A program made the translations under genes and the position numbers. A model generated the notes under the pieces. That model was not told the origin of the DNA. It did no database searches and saw only the letters and a list, made by a program, of their open reading frames with translations. Below, piece by piece: positions 1-13,400 of a stretch of 64,000 bases of DNA. The first letter of the stretch is position 1; the number at the start of each line of letters is the position of its first letter. The stretch lies in contig OX597832.1 of the NCBI GenBank assembly GCA_951406725.2, positions 4,092,001 through 4,156,000 on the forward strand. The letters are read 5' to 3'. This stretch comes from Octopus vulgaris. Lineage: Eukaryota.

Positions 1-19
1 TAACAATTACAACAATAAC

Positions 20-450
20 CCTTTTCACTATAGGTACAAAGCCTGAAATTTGGGGGATGGGAACTAGTTGATTACATCAACCACACTGTTCAACTGGTAC
101 TCATTTCATTGATCCTAAAAAGGATTTGAACTCAGAATGTAAAGACGGACAAAATGACACTCAATATTTTGTCCACCATGCTAACAATTCTGCCAGTTTC
201 AGGCGATAATAATAATAATAATAACAATAATAATGGTTTCAAATTTTGGCACAAGGCCAGCCATTTCGGGAGAGGGGGTAAGTCAATTACATTGACCCCA
301 GTGCTCAACTGGTACTTATTTTATCCACTCTGAAAGGATGAAAGGCGGTGTGGACCTCAGTGGAATTTGAATTCAGAATGTAAAGACAGATGAAACACCA
401 CTAAGCCATTTTGCCCAGCATGCTAACAATTCTGCCAGCTTGCTGCCTTA
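20..450 (-). mobile_element. Two adjacent tRNA-derived SINE copies (family 1) with (TAA)n tails; approximate ends
   Basis: Shared core ctggcagaattgttagca...ttctgagttcaaat...aagtaccagttga...gatgtaat; other copies at ~981-1122, 11632-11855, 26130-26600, 34647-34790, 51368-51580. Confidence 0.75.
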
Positions 451-467
451 ATAATAATAATCCTTAT

Positions 468-980
468 TGAAGACCTGTTGAGGCAAGTGAGGATCAGAAT
501 CGAAATCGATCAATGGAAATTGCAGATGTGTTACCAGTGCCGGTGGCATGTCGAAACTCTACTTGTGAAGACCCGTTGAGGCAAGTGAGGATCAGAATGG
601 AAATCGATCAATGGAAATTGCAGATGTGTTACCAGTGCCGGTGGCATGTAAGAGAACCTTCCGTTTCGTGACCGTTGCCAGCACCGCCCCGTTTCGTGTC
701 CGTTGCCAGCCTCGCCTGGCCCTTGTGCCGGTGGCACATAAAAAGCACCATCCGTTCGTGGCCGTTTGCCAGCTCTGTCTGGCACCTGTGCGGGTGGCAC
801 GTAAAAAGCACCCACTACACTCACGGAGTGGTTGGCGTTAGGAAGGGCATCCAGCCGTAGAAACACTGCCAGATTTGACTGGGCCTGATGAAGCCTTCTG
901 GCTTCACAGACCCCAGTAGAACCGTCCAACCCATGCTAGCATGGAAAATGGACGCTAAACGATGATGATGATGATGATGA
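468..980 (+). mobile_element. RTE-type LINE 3' UTR with internal tandem units and (GAT)n tail; approximate ends
   Basis: The same sequence follows RTE RT fragments at 18360 and 62358; other copies at ~2660, 9744, 10961(-), 14860, 16290(-), 29910, 45648(-), 46900, 61700, 63390. Confidence 0.8.
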
Positions 981-2274
981 ATAAAGGCACAAGGACTGAA
1001 ATTTTGGGGAAGGGGACTAGTCGATTACAGCAACCCCAATGTTTCACTGGTACTTAATTTATTGACTCCGAAAGGACGAAAGGCAAAGTCAACCTTAGCA
1101 GAATTTGAACTCAGAATGTAACAATGAGCACAAGCTTGAGGAAAGAGACCCTGTGAGACCCCTGACAACAGGCTGCGATCCACTTTCACAGAATGAACCA
1201 GAGCAAGTAAGACCAAGAGCTCTGAGAAGTATAATAATAATAATAATCATAATAATAATGATTTAAGCATTGGCACTAAGGCTGCTGCACTCACTGTCAT
1301 CCACCAACTCTCATCCCTCAACACTCCATTTACTATCACCCACCACTTTACACACTAATATAGATCAGGAAGATATGTATAATAGTTTAGTTACATAAAA
1401 GATTTTAGACAGACCTGCATAAATTTCAGAACAGTAGTGAATGATTCAATAGGAAGCTGGTGACTTTTTTGGATCAAATAACTGAAATGGAAAACAGAAT
1501 TACATATAACAACAGTTTGAGGAATGTAATTAAAGAATTTCAAAGAGTATCAATAAGAATGTCAATGAAAATAAACTGTGCGTGGAAGCTGCTCATGCAA
1601 ACACTGTATATCACATTTGATTTGTCAGTATTTAGTTCCGAAACAGTTTAATCCTTGTGGTAGAGGCTCAACACTAAGTGCAATCCATTGCATACCCAAG
1701 GCCTCAACAGTGGAACAAACAGAGAAAGGGAGTATCATTACTCAATGGTTGTGAAGGTAGATGATGGCTGCAGCATCTGCTTAAGCTCCAATCGTTTTTT
1801 AATTTCCTTGCCATTGGGATCAGCTTGAGGAGTTTAACAAGCAAAATAAAATTTTAGTTTTTTTTTCTTAATTAGTGATTAATAAATAAAAAAGGACCTC
1901 AACTATATTCAGTTGTTTCTGAAAAACCAAGGTGGACACTTAAGTTATAATCAATCAAGCAAACAAACTAGATAGAAACATGGAACCTAAATTTTTGGTA
2001 CTTCATGTTGGATGATGGGAATTACAGTAGTTGGAAGTATTTCTAACAGACAATGAAAGAATTGTTATGAATTAAACAATTATTTGAACTCACAATCTGC
2101 TTTAAAAGCAAACAAATTATCAAACAATTTATACAAGTATAAATAATTAAACAGGTTATAACAAAGAGTATTCAGTTCATCATTCATTTAACAGTTAATC
2201 ACATTTTAACATAAAAAAATAATGAATGATTTTATTTTCTATTAACTGAAAGGTTTTAGTGAATATGCACTTAC

Positions 2275-2400
2275 ACTTTTTTGAAAAGATTACGGTAGGT
2301 TATGATTTTGAGTTTCTCCAAAATTAGATAAATTCCACATTTAATAAAAAAGGCTTCATTCTGTAGCAGTGCTTCATTAAGAAGTAAAAGATTTCCAGAA
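2275..2400 (-). CDS. PCID2: PCID2 exon 12 ([11 protein letters not shown]...YRNLFKK)
   Basis: tcatag / gtaagt, 126 nt; PCI domain region. Confidence 0.96.
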
Positions 2401-5400
2401 CTATGAAACAAAACAAAAGAACATTTACAACCTCAATTTAGTATGTAGATTTAGTAGAATTTTAAACAATTAGCAGAACTGTTCAAAATGATAAGAGATG
2501 AGCAGATTAATTTAAACTTTAATGTGTTATCTTAGAGTTTAGTTTTATGTTTGTGTAACTAATTGGAACGTAAATTTTCTAATATATTAATTTCTTTTGC
2601 AGAAAATGGTACCAATTCTTTTTGATTACATACCAGACAAAAAAATATAAAATATAAAATGAAATCATAGTTGTGGCTGATACCAGTGTCATGTAACTGG
2701 CACCCATGCTGGTGACACATAAAAAGCACCCAATACACTCTTGGAGTGGTTGGTGTTGGGAAGGGCGTCCAGCCATAGAAACCATGCCAAATCAGACTGG
2801 AACTTGTAACTCTCCAGCTTACCAGTTTCAGTCAAACTGTCCAACCCATGCCAGCATGGAAAGCAGATGCTAAATGATGATGATAATGATCCCAAATTAG
2901 AAATATGTTTACTTTTTTACTTCAATGCAATTTTATTCACACTTCTGTTCCAATTGTTACTTTCAAAATGATGCAAATGATTTTTTTTTCAGAAAAAAAA
3001 AGATGCCTCATCTAATGTATTTCTTCATCTGCTAATTCTCCAACAAACCAATTCATTTAGTTCACAAGGAGCTAGACAAGAAAACCTGTGTTTTACAGTC
3101 TTACATATAAATAATGTAGAGATTATAGGGTAGCAGTGAAATGGTGTACTGAGCCAAATACCAAATATATTTAGTTTCACTACTCTATGGTCTGAATTTA
3201 AATTCTGCCAGGCTTAACTTAGTTTTGCATCTCTGTAATCTTAATAAATTAAGTATCAGTATTAAATTGAGTGAATTTCAGTTGGATACACTCCACCCCA
3301 CAAAAATTGGTTTTACTCTTCTTCAACAGTAAAAGCTAAATTCTTACCTCACTGCTTTGGCTACATCAGAAAACTGTAACAAATCATATCGTTCCAAAAC
3401 ATCACGTTTAGGCATATAACCCTGGGGAAATACAACGTATACAAACATAAGCATGGATTAGATGTCCTCAATGGGGACAAGACAACTAAGTGACATTTAA
3501 TTACACAAAGATACAATTGCTATACATTTTAAGAAAACAGAGTTGTAACTACAGCCTCTCTACACATGAATAACATACAACTAAAGTCTTCAAAATTTCT
3601 ACAAATGAGATCATCACTGGGATCTCATCTGCATCATATAACTTAATCTGCACCCCAGAGATTGAGCTTCCTCTTCAGGAAGCAAAAAACACTTTAGCCT
3701 TGATCAGTAACAGACTCTTCACAAACTTCAAGACCCACAATGAACTTAGTGCTTTTAATCTCTGGCATGATGCTACTGCTGCTACACATACCAACATCCA
3801 ACTCAACAACCAAATAAAGGTCAGTTAAATTCACACCAACAATCAGTATCTAACAGTTCATTGTGTCTTCTGACATATGACCAAAGAATCTACTCTAAAC
3901 AACATTTAAATTTAATTTATCAAAATATTTTCATTGCTTTGAGACCGTGACCTGTTCACTGACAAAATCAGATGCAGCATGGAATTTTGTCAGTGAACAG
4001 GTTACAGCCTCAAAGCAATGAAAATATTTTGACAAATTAAATTTAAATATTGAAGTGAATCTAACGGATTTTGTGTGTTTCTTAAATGGCTTATAAACAC
4101 CTACTCTAAACATTTTTCTCAATTATGTGGGCCAGCTGAAAAGTTCACAGGCTGACAAAAATATTCTCATGGAATGGGAACAAATGAAGTTTATTTTTCC
4201 ACACAGTCCCTAATGCAGTCCACACACTTCTTCCGTGGTTGGGAAGTAAGCTTCTTATCACACGGCCGAAAACATTTTTATGACAGCTAAGACACAGTCT
4301 AAAGCAGGTTTCTATTTATTCTTTTACTTGTTTCAATCATGGAAATGGAATAACTCTTATCTTTTTATTGTTTTCATCCTCATTTTAAAAAACGTTTGCT
4401 TTTCTGTATGTTTCTTTAACTTAAACAGTTCAAATATTTCAAAACACAAAACATTTTCCATTCATTTATCAAAATACAAAGTAGTTAACTTACCAACAAC
4501 ATTTTCACTGGAAGCAAATAAATAAGAATCAAACGTTTGTTGCCTCTGCTTTCTTTATGACATCTCTCAAAGGCAAATGTGAGGTATTCTTCAGCTAGAA
4601 ACATAGAATATAAGCAATACTAATTACAAAGCAATATTAATTACTATCACAAAATGAAATATATTACTAACTTCTAAATAAAAGCTTGCTAGTAAATGTA
4701 GGAGTTGTAAATATGTAGTATAGATATAGTCTAATCAGAAAAGAAATAGATGGGGGAACAAAAATAGAAAGGATAAAGTAGATTTAGAATAAATGGTCCT
4801 CAAGCAGGATTGAGAGAAGAGGAAAAGTCCCAGTTCTATGAGGTCTACAATATAAACATTGCAGAGAATTAAGGCTCATAAGCAAGCAGATCATGATTTG
4901 GTATCCATAATTAGATCATTAAAACACTGACTGGCAAGGAATGTATTCCTCAGCATAGATTAGAGCATTAATGACTTTGTATAAGAAAATAAAAGGATCA
5001 AGGATCAGTGGAAAAAGATAATCTTTTATCTTTGTTTTTATTTGTTTCAGTCACTGGAACACAGTCATGCTGGGACACTACTGTGAGGGGTTCAATTGAA
5101 CAAACTGACCCCCAAGACAAATTTTTTTTAAAGTTCTCAGGATGATGGGCTTCAAAGATAAGCTGATGAAATATCAAAAGAATTAGGAATATGTTGTATG
5201 GCAAACCAGTTCAACCTGTGTAAGCATGGAAACCGGTATTAAAATGTTGCTGATGATATTATATTATCATAATCTAAGTCACAATATTAATAAATGGTAA
5301 AAATAAGATTTCAAGTTTTAGTTAAAATGCTTTAAAATGTTAAAAAAAGTATTGAAGTCATTGATTTTTAACACAGAAGTATATAAATTGAAGTATATAA

Positions 5401-7267
5401 ATTCTAATTGGTAAAGTAAGCAAAACTATTGGTAAACCACCTACAAATTACTAGTGGTAAGTGGTGAAAATGAATAAGTATAACAATGGATTTGTTTCTT
5501 TTTTAATTTTCATTTTGTGGTTTGAGTGTCAGAAAACAGTTAAACTGGAGAAGCAGCCATGTTCCAGAGATTCTGTTGTCTTTCTCTGTAAACATATGAA
5601 ACAGTGAACCCACCTTCAATAAATATCACTAAACTACAAACTCTTACTCTTACAAAGGAAGTATTGTACAAGCATGTTATTTAGAGTGATCTCACCTGCT
5701 TTAAAGTCACTGTCAAACATTGCTTTTCGACCCACAAAAAACCTAGTAAGAAATGGAAAGAAAAAATTTAAAATCATTTTAACTAGACAAGATTATATAA
5801 GTTATTAGACAGACAGATATAAGGTCTCACAGCAGATTTATTTGTAGATTTATCTCTTCAGCAAATGTTATATACTTTATTGATTTTTAATCACCACTTA
5901 GCTCTGCTTAATAATTTTGTCTTCTTAATAGTATCCACTCACAATTATTTTCCATATATTTGTACAAGTAAGAGTTATACACATGTATTCAAATAAGTTC
6001 ATCAATATTAATGAATTAAATTTATGCCCACATAGAAAAACTGACACATCATCATCATCATGGTAATGATTAAGAAAAGCTTACAGTAATATTTAACATT
6101 AAAATTGGCAGAAACAATAGTGTAGGACAAAACACTTTGTAGTATTTAGTTACAACTCCTCATGTTTTGTGTATTGAATCCCATCCAGGTCCATTTTGTT
6201 TGCTTTTTCAGCTTTCCAGGATCAATAAAATAAGTAACAGTCACATACCAGGATTCATCTAATAGACATTCCCTAGTTTGAGTCCTTACTTAGAGTTCTA
6301 TATTTAATTAATTTCTAATCAACAATTCTAACCACACTTCCCTTGCAGATAGTGTTTAATACCAATAATTCATAACTAATTTAACTCTTCTCAATCCAAT
6401 CTCTCCTTCGAGTTGTTAGAAAATAAGCAGCAGATCATTGCTATTCTCCAAATCATATTCTATTTTGTTGTATTAGACATATAAAGAAAAGGAATGAGAA
6501 CCAAATGTTTTAACATAGTAGAAGGATTATTAAACTACACAACATATTTACCTGTATGTCACAAGTTGAGAAAGACTGAATTTTTCTTTTAATGGAGAAC
6601 TGTCAATAGCTCGTATGAGAGGTTTACAAAGATGAAGTTTATTGATCTGAAAGCAAAAAAAAAATAACTTTAAAGTAGAGAGAAGAACTTAATAGATGGT
6701 TTGAATTCCAAACAGTTTCTAAGTTTAAATTATGGTCCAAATTAAAAAAGTAATTCCAACAATTTGATTAACACATATGACTGACGACCATCATCATTTA
6801 ATGCCCACTTTTCTATGCTTGCATGGACTGGATGGAATCTGTTAAGGCAGATTTCCAACAGCCACATGCACTTCTTGTCACCAACTCTCACCTTTTGCCA
6901 AATAAGATATTTTCCAATAGTTAGACATAATTTTCACAGCAAACTGGAAACAAACAGCCTTGCTTGTATGACTGATGCTCAGTTACAACCATCATCTGAT
7001 GTCTAGACAAGGGTACACACAAACACACATAAATATACATATATATATTCTTTTACTTGTTTCAGTCATTTGACTGCGGCCATGCTGAAGCACCACCTTA
7101 AAGGGTTTTAGTCAAAGAAATCACCCCAGAACTTATACTTTGTAAGCCTAGTACTTATTCTATCAGCCTCTTTTGCTAAGCTGCTAAGTTACGGAGACAT
7201 AAACACTCCAGCATTGGTTGTCAAGCGATGCCTGGGGGACAAAACAGAAACACACACACACAAATTT

Positions 7268-7308
<41 letters not shown>

Positions 7309-10197
7309 ACAGGCTTCTGTCAGTTTCTGTCTACCAAATCCACTCACAAGGCATTGATCAGCCTTAGGCTATAGTAAAAGACATTTGTCCAAGATGTCAC
7401 ACAGTGAGATTGAACCCAGAACCATGTGGACAAAAAGTTTCCCACTAGCAGAAAACTTTCAGTCCACTACCAATCAGCCTTACCCACCAAAGCCGCATAC
7501 ATGAGAAACAAGATTGCATGTAAAAACAACAATTGCAGCGAAATGACTGACAAAACCGTCAACACCAAACAGTTCCTCAGTGACCTAACCCTGAATGGCT
7601 ACCCAGCATTTTTAGCCAAACAACAGCACCTAAAAAACATCAGGGTCAATAAACCCCAGAAGAACTATCATACTCCTAAGTCTGGCACATGCTTCCTAAA
7701 GCTACCTCATTTTGACGACAGAACTACTACAGCGATACAACATGCAGTCCACAAAGAAGGACTCGACATATAGATAATGCACGCCGGCTTCCCTGAGAAA
7801 AGCTCTGTCCAAGAACAACACCTCTCACTACTCCAAGGAGGGCACATTATCAAACTGCCCCATGAATGACCCTGAATTGTGCCAGAGGACCTATGCTGTA
7901 TATGAGATCATCTGTGGCAAATGTAGTGCATCCTACATAGAAAGCACAACAAGAAAACAGCATATACAGATTAAGGAACAGATGCAGACAGACACTCCCG
8001 TGAAGAAACATCTGCAGAAATGCAAGATCTGGGAATTCACAGGTCAACACAGCGGGGGCAACATAGAATCTCTGAGGCTATCCTCATACACCAAAGAAAA
8101 CCAAATATCAACAACAGAAGAGAGTTACAGGAAGCTAGCTGGCTGCTATAGCAACACCTTTCCATGCATGTCCACTCCACACGCACATTGGCAACATTCT
8201 TGAAAATGGGGTCATAACCCCAAAATATTGAATGCAAAGTAAGTCTACATTAATTCATATATGTTTTCTTGGGATTTGCCTTGCATTTACTTCGCATTGT
8301 TCTGGCCTTACCCACAATCCTTTATACAATATATAAATACACTACAGATTTTAGTAGAAGACACTTGTCCAAATGTCATACAGTGGGACTGAACCCAAGA
8401 CCATATAACTGGAAAGCAAGTTTCTTAACCACACAGCCATACTTAACCAATGTAACAATAAACCCCAAAATTAAAGATCCATTCATTCTGAAAAATGTAG
8501 GCTACCAAACAACAAGTTACCTTCCAACCAGTTAGATGATCTCTCATTAACTTATATACTCTTATGCTCTGCTATTAAACAGTAACATTTAAGAGAGTTC
8601 AGTGCCACTGATAAGTAATTCATTTAAAACATTTTCAACTAAGAAGCTGATACCATGCTGGAGCACCACCTTGAAGAATATTTTAGTTGAATAAATCGAG
8701 CCTAGTAGATTTTTTTTAAATCCTGGTACTTATTCAATCAGTCTCTGTTGCTGAACTGCTAAGTTATGGGGAAGAAAACACACCAACACCAGTTGCCAGG
8801 CAATAGTGGGGGACAAACACAGACGCAAAGATACATACACAGATATATATATCAATAGCTACTGTCTAATGGTACAACTTAGTCAATGTTGTTAAAGTTG
8901 TGGTTTTAAGTCTGTCCAGAGCTGCCTCACTTTGGTATTTCCCATTGATAACAGATACAGAGCTGGAATCATATCTGGGAATCTGACAAGGAGCAGCACT
9001 GGACAGATATTATGTTTTTACACCTTTTTTCCATAAAAGAGTATTTTTTTCTCCATGGTAACTGCAGTGAATTTGCCTTTAGAATTTGAAATATGTCACA
9101 AACATATATTAACTAAGCTAAAGTTTACATATATATAAACATATATATATATATTCTTTTATATGTTTTCAGCCCAAAGGCTGTGGTCATGCTGGGGTAC
9201 TGCCAGATAGAAACAGGTACTTGAAAAGATATGCACGAGGTAAGGCTGGATAAACCTGTGATCACCGCCTACGGTTGATAATTATCAAATAGGATATTCC
9301 AGTTGTGTATAAAGCAAAAACCAACCCTATGATTATTTAGTGACTAGGAGCTGGTTCAAAGCACATGTTAAGTTGGTTGTTCATTGTAGGTATACTCCAG
9401 GGTGTCTGACGTGTCATACAGCCCTATGGTGTATTATAATCAAATGAATGATAAGACAATGGATAATTGTCAGCTCATTATAGTTGTTTCTCATGCATTT
9501 TTTTAATACTTCATTGCAAAAAAAACCATAATCATTGAATGTAATATCATTTCAAAAACAAAAAAATATCCCAAGAATACAGCAGCCACGCCCCTGCTGT
9601 ATTCTTAGGATATTCTTTTGTTTTTGATATTATGCTTCATCTGATGATTACAGTCTTTTTAATGAAGTAATGCTCACATTCTTCAATTTAAACAAAAATA
9701 CATAAGAAACAGCTGTAATGAGCTGACAATTATTCATAGTCTGGCATCGGCCACGTTAAGCACCATCTGAATGTGGCCAATGCCAGCGCCGCCTTGACTG
9801 GCTTCTGTGCCGGTGGCACGTAAAAAGCACCAACCAATCGTGGCCACTGCCAGATTCCCCTGGCACTCGTGCCGGTGGCACGTAAAAAGCACCCACTACA
9901 CTCACGGAGTGGTTGGCGTTAGGAAGGGCATCTAGCTGTAGAAACACGGCCAGATCAGACTGGAGCCTGGTGCAGCCTTCTGGCTTCCCAAACCCTGGTC
10001 GAAACGTCCAACCCATGCTAGCACAGAAAATGGACGTTAAACGATGATGATGATGTTATTAATATTCATTTGATAATATAATTATATACATATATATACA
10101 TATATATATATACACATATATATACATATACATATGCATATATATACATACATATGCATACATATACATACATATACATACATATACATATACATAC

Positions 10198-10232
<35 letters not shown>

Positions 10233-10425
10233 CATATATATACATATATATATACATATATATACATATATATATACATATATATACATATATATATACA
10301 TATATATACATATATATATACATATATATATATACATATATATACATATATATATATATACATATATATACATATATATATATACATATATATATATACA
10401 TATATATACATATATATATATATAC

Positions 10426-10472
<47 letters not shown>

Positions 10473-13400
10473 CATATATATACATATATATACATATATA
10501 TACATATATATACATATATATATACATACATATATATATACATATATATACATATATATATACATACATATATATATACATACATATATATATACATACA
10601 TATATATATACATATATATACATACATATATACATATACATACATATATATACATATACATACATATATACATATATATATATATACATATATATACATA
10701 TACATACATATATATACATATACATACATATATATACATATATATACATATACATATATATATATATATACATATATATACATATACATACATATATATA
10801 CATATACATACATATATATACATATATATACATATACATACATATATATATATACATATACATACATATATATATATACATATATATATATACATATATA
10901 TACATATACATATATATACATATACATATATATACATATACATATATATACATATATATATCATCATCATCATCATCGTTTAACGTCCGATCTCCATGCT
11001 TGCATGGGTTGGACGGTTCGACTGGGGATCTGGGAAGCCAGTGGCTGCACCAGGCTCCAGTCTTATCTGGCAATGTTTCTACAGCTGGATGCCCTTCCTA
11101 ACGCCAACCACTCCGTGAATGTAGTGGGTGCTTGTTTCTTTCAGTTTCTGTCAACCGAATCCACTTGCAAAACTTTAGTCAACCTGGGGACTAATTTAGA
11201 AGACACTTGCCCAAGGTGCCACACAGTGGGACTGGGCCTAGAGAAACTACTGATTCATCATTAAGCATTAGTATTACCAACCATAATATTGTTAAATGTT
11301 CAATTATATTATAACTGTAGTTGCTTAGATCATAGTAAGTAATAATAGTAGAAGATTGGAAAGTTACACCCTTGAACAATTATTAGTGAAGAACTCCAGA
11401 CCATTTTTAAAACATGCAATAAAAGATAAATTGATGAAAAACAAACAGACACAAATACAAGACATTCAACATCAATTCAAGACAATAAATATAAAAAGCA
11501 AATATACAGAAACAAATCCATTTTACCTTAAAATAAATTTTGAATAATTGGTTCACTAAATTCAGCATGCCCCATTTCTTGGAATCTTCTGTTGCAGCTC
11601 GACTAATTAACATAACGAAATAAACAATATTGGTTTCAAATTTTGACACAAAGCCAGCATGTGCAGGGGAGGGGGAGAATCGATTACATCAACCCCAGTG
11701 TTTAATTGGTACTTATTTTATGAACCCCGAAAGAACAAAAGGCAAAGTCAATCATGAATCATGGCAGAATTTGCACTCAGAACGTAAAGGTGGACAAAAT
11801 ATCACAAAGCATTTTGCCCGTCGTGCTAACATTTCTGGCAGCTCGCTGTCTTAATGAAATAAACAATATTAACAATTAAATAATAATTAAGATAAGCAAT
11901 ATATATGTATCATGAATGTTCTAAGCCTTTTTAATGAAGATTTATATGACTGCTAAATTTACATCACAATGTATGTGTTTAGCAACATAAGCTAAATTTA
12001 CATTATAAGTTCTATGTGATATTTAAAAATAAAGGATTGGGTTGTTTCTTTTAAATCATCAATGAAATATTCCAACTAAAACTAGGGGTTAAATGAGTGA
12101 GCATTTGGAAGGAGAGTTCCAGTCTCAGAGGTGTCCAGAGCAACATTCTAGCAGAAACAAATCACAATTTTGGTTTTGTGTTGATGACAGAAAGCAAAAA
12201 GTACCTGCTCTGCTGCCTTAATTGACAACTGAAGAGATAAGAAAAGAGAAACTACAACTCAGAAATGTTACAATGAATAAATGAAATATTGAGGAATACT
12301 TGGTTGTAATTTAACCTAACCTGGATCAGGTGAAACTGTAATCAAAGACATTTCTGCCATAACTATCACTTTTTTTAATATTTTCTACTCCAGACATTAT
12401 CTAATGTATCCTTGCTTTTAGGCAGTAGAAGTGTGTGATTTGAAAGAGATTTTGGTTGCTATTTCTAGCAGACTGAAAGACCACAAAGAAGCTCTTTCAT
12501 TGGTTTGTTTAGTACTTAATAGTTAATGTTGACACTAAATTTTCACACACAAGAATGAATTCTTTGAACAAACTTTGAAAACCTTAAAAGTACTGTGAGA
12601 CTATGAAATATCAAATGAATCAACTGAAAGCTAGTTTCATGGAAAGACATACCTATCACTGGCACACACTCGGAAACAGCCCATCAGTAGGTCAGCTGCT
12701 TTCTCTAACTTTTCACCACTTCGACCTTTGCCTCTCCTTACTGTCTGAGCATCAGCCTAGAAAATAATAAAACTTTTACAAATAAATCTTCAATGTTTGA
12801 GTTTCAGACATCTCTAGTTTTTCACTATTTTTTTTTCAAAATTACTTTAAAAAAGATCACCATTAATTTATTATTAATTATATTTAATGATCACCATTAA
12901 TTTATTATTAATTATATTTAATATGGCAATTAGTTAAAACAATAACATCAATAGTTACAGGTCAATTACAAGTTCACTGACAAGAAAAGTAGCAACAGGT
13001 TGTCTTTGCAATTAGATCCAAGACACATATCACAGAAAGAATTTATATTTAAAAACACTTTCGCCACTGAAGTTTTACATCTTTTGTTAATATAGATCAG
13101 TGATAGATATAACAGGTGGGCTAAAAGTCATGCACCAAAACATTTGACATTTTATTTATATTATTATTCATCATTGTACAATATGTTTGTATTCATCATT
13201 ATTTTATTTATTTTGTTCAATTTTAGAAAAAGTGAAACATGTCCTTTGACTATATAATTAAACGTGCATGTCTTTTGGCCCACCTTATATAAAATATATA
13301 TTATTTATGATAGGGATCCAGTCAAACAAATTCTTCTCTCAGAGCATTGGTACACTTGATTTATAGTAGAAGACATGTGGCCAAAATGTCATGTTGCAGG

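Noticed and set aside
531-929. ORFs containing [10 protein letters not shown] / VVGAFYVPP
   Set aside because: Antisense readings of the RTE 3' UTR repeat, recurring in many copies.
1-2274. Remaining PCID2 exons (THQL...GYISH)
   Set aside because: Not found by eye in this interval; presumed to lie beyond the window start.
10059-11264. Long 280-376 aa ORFs rich in Y/I/H/T/M/C
   Set aside because: Translations of TA-rich microsatellite that lacks stop codons; the same applies to 38520-38984, 56518-56992 and 58477-59528.
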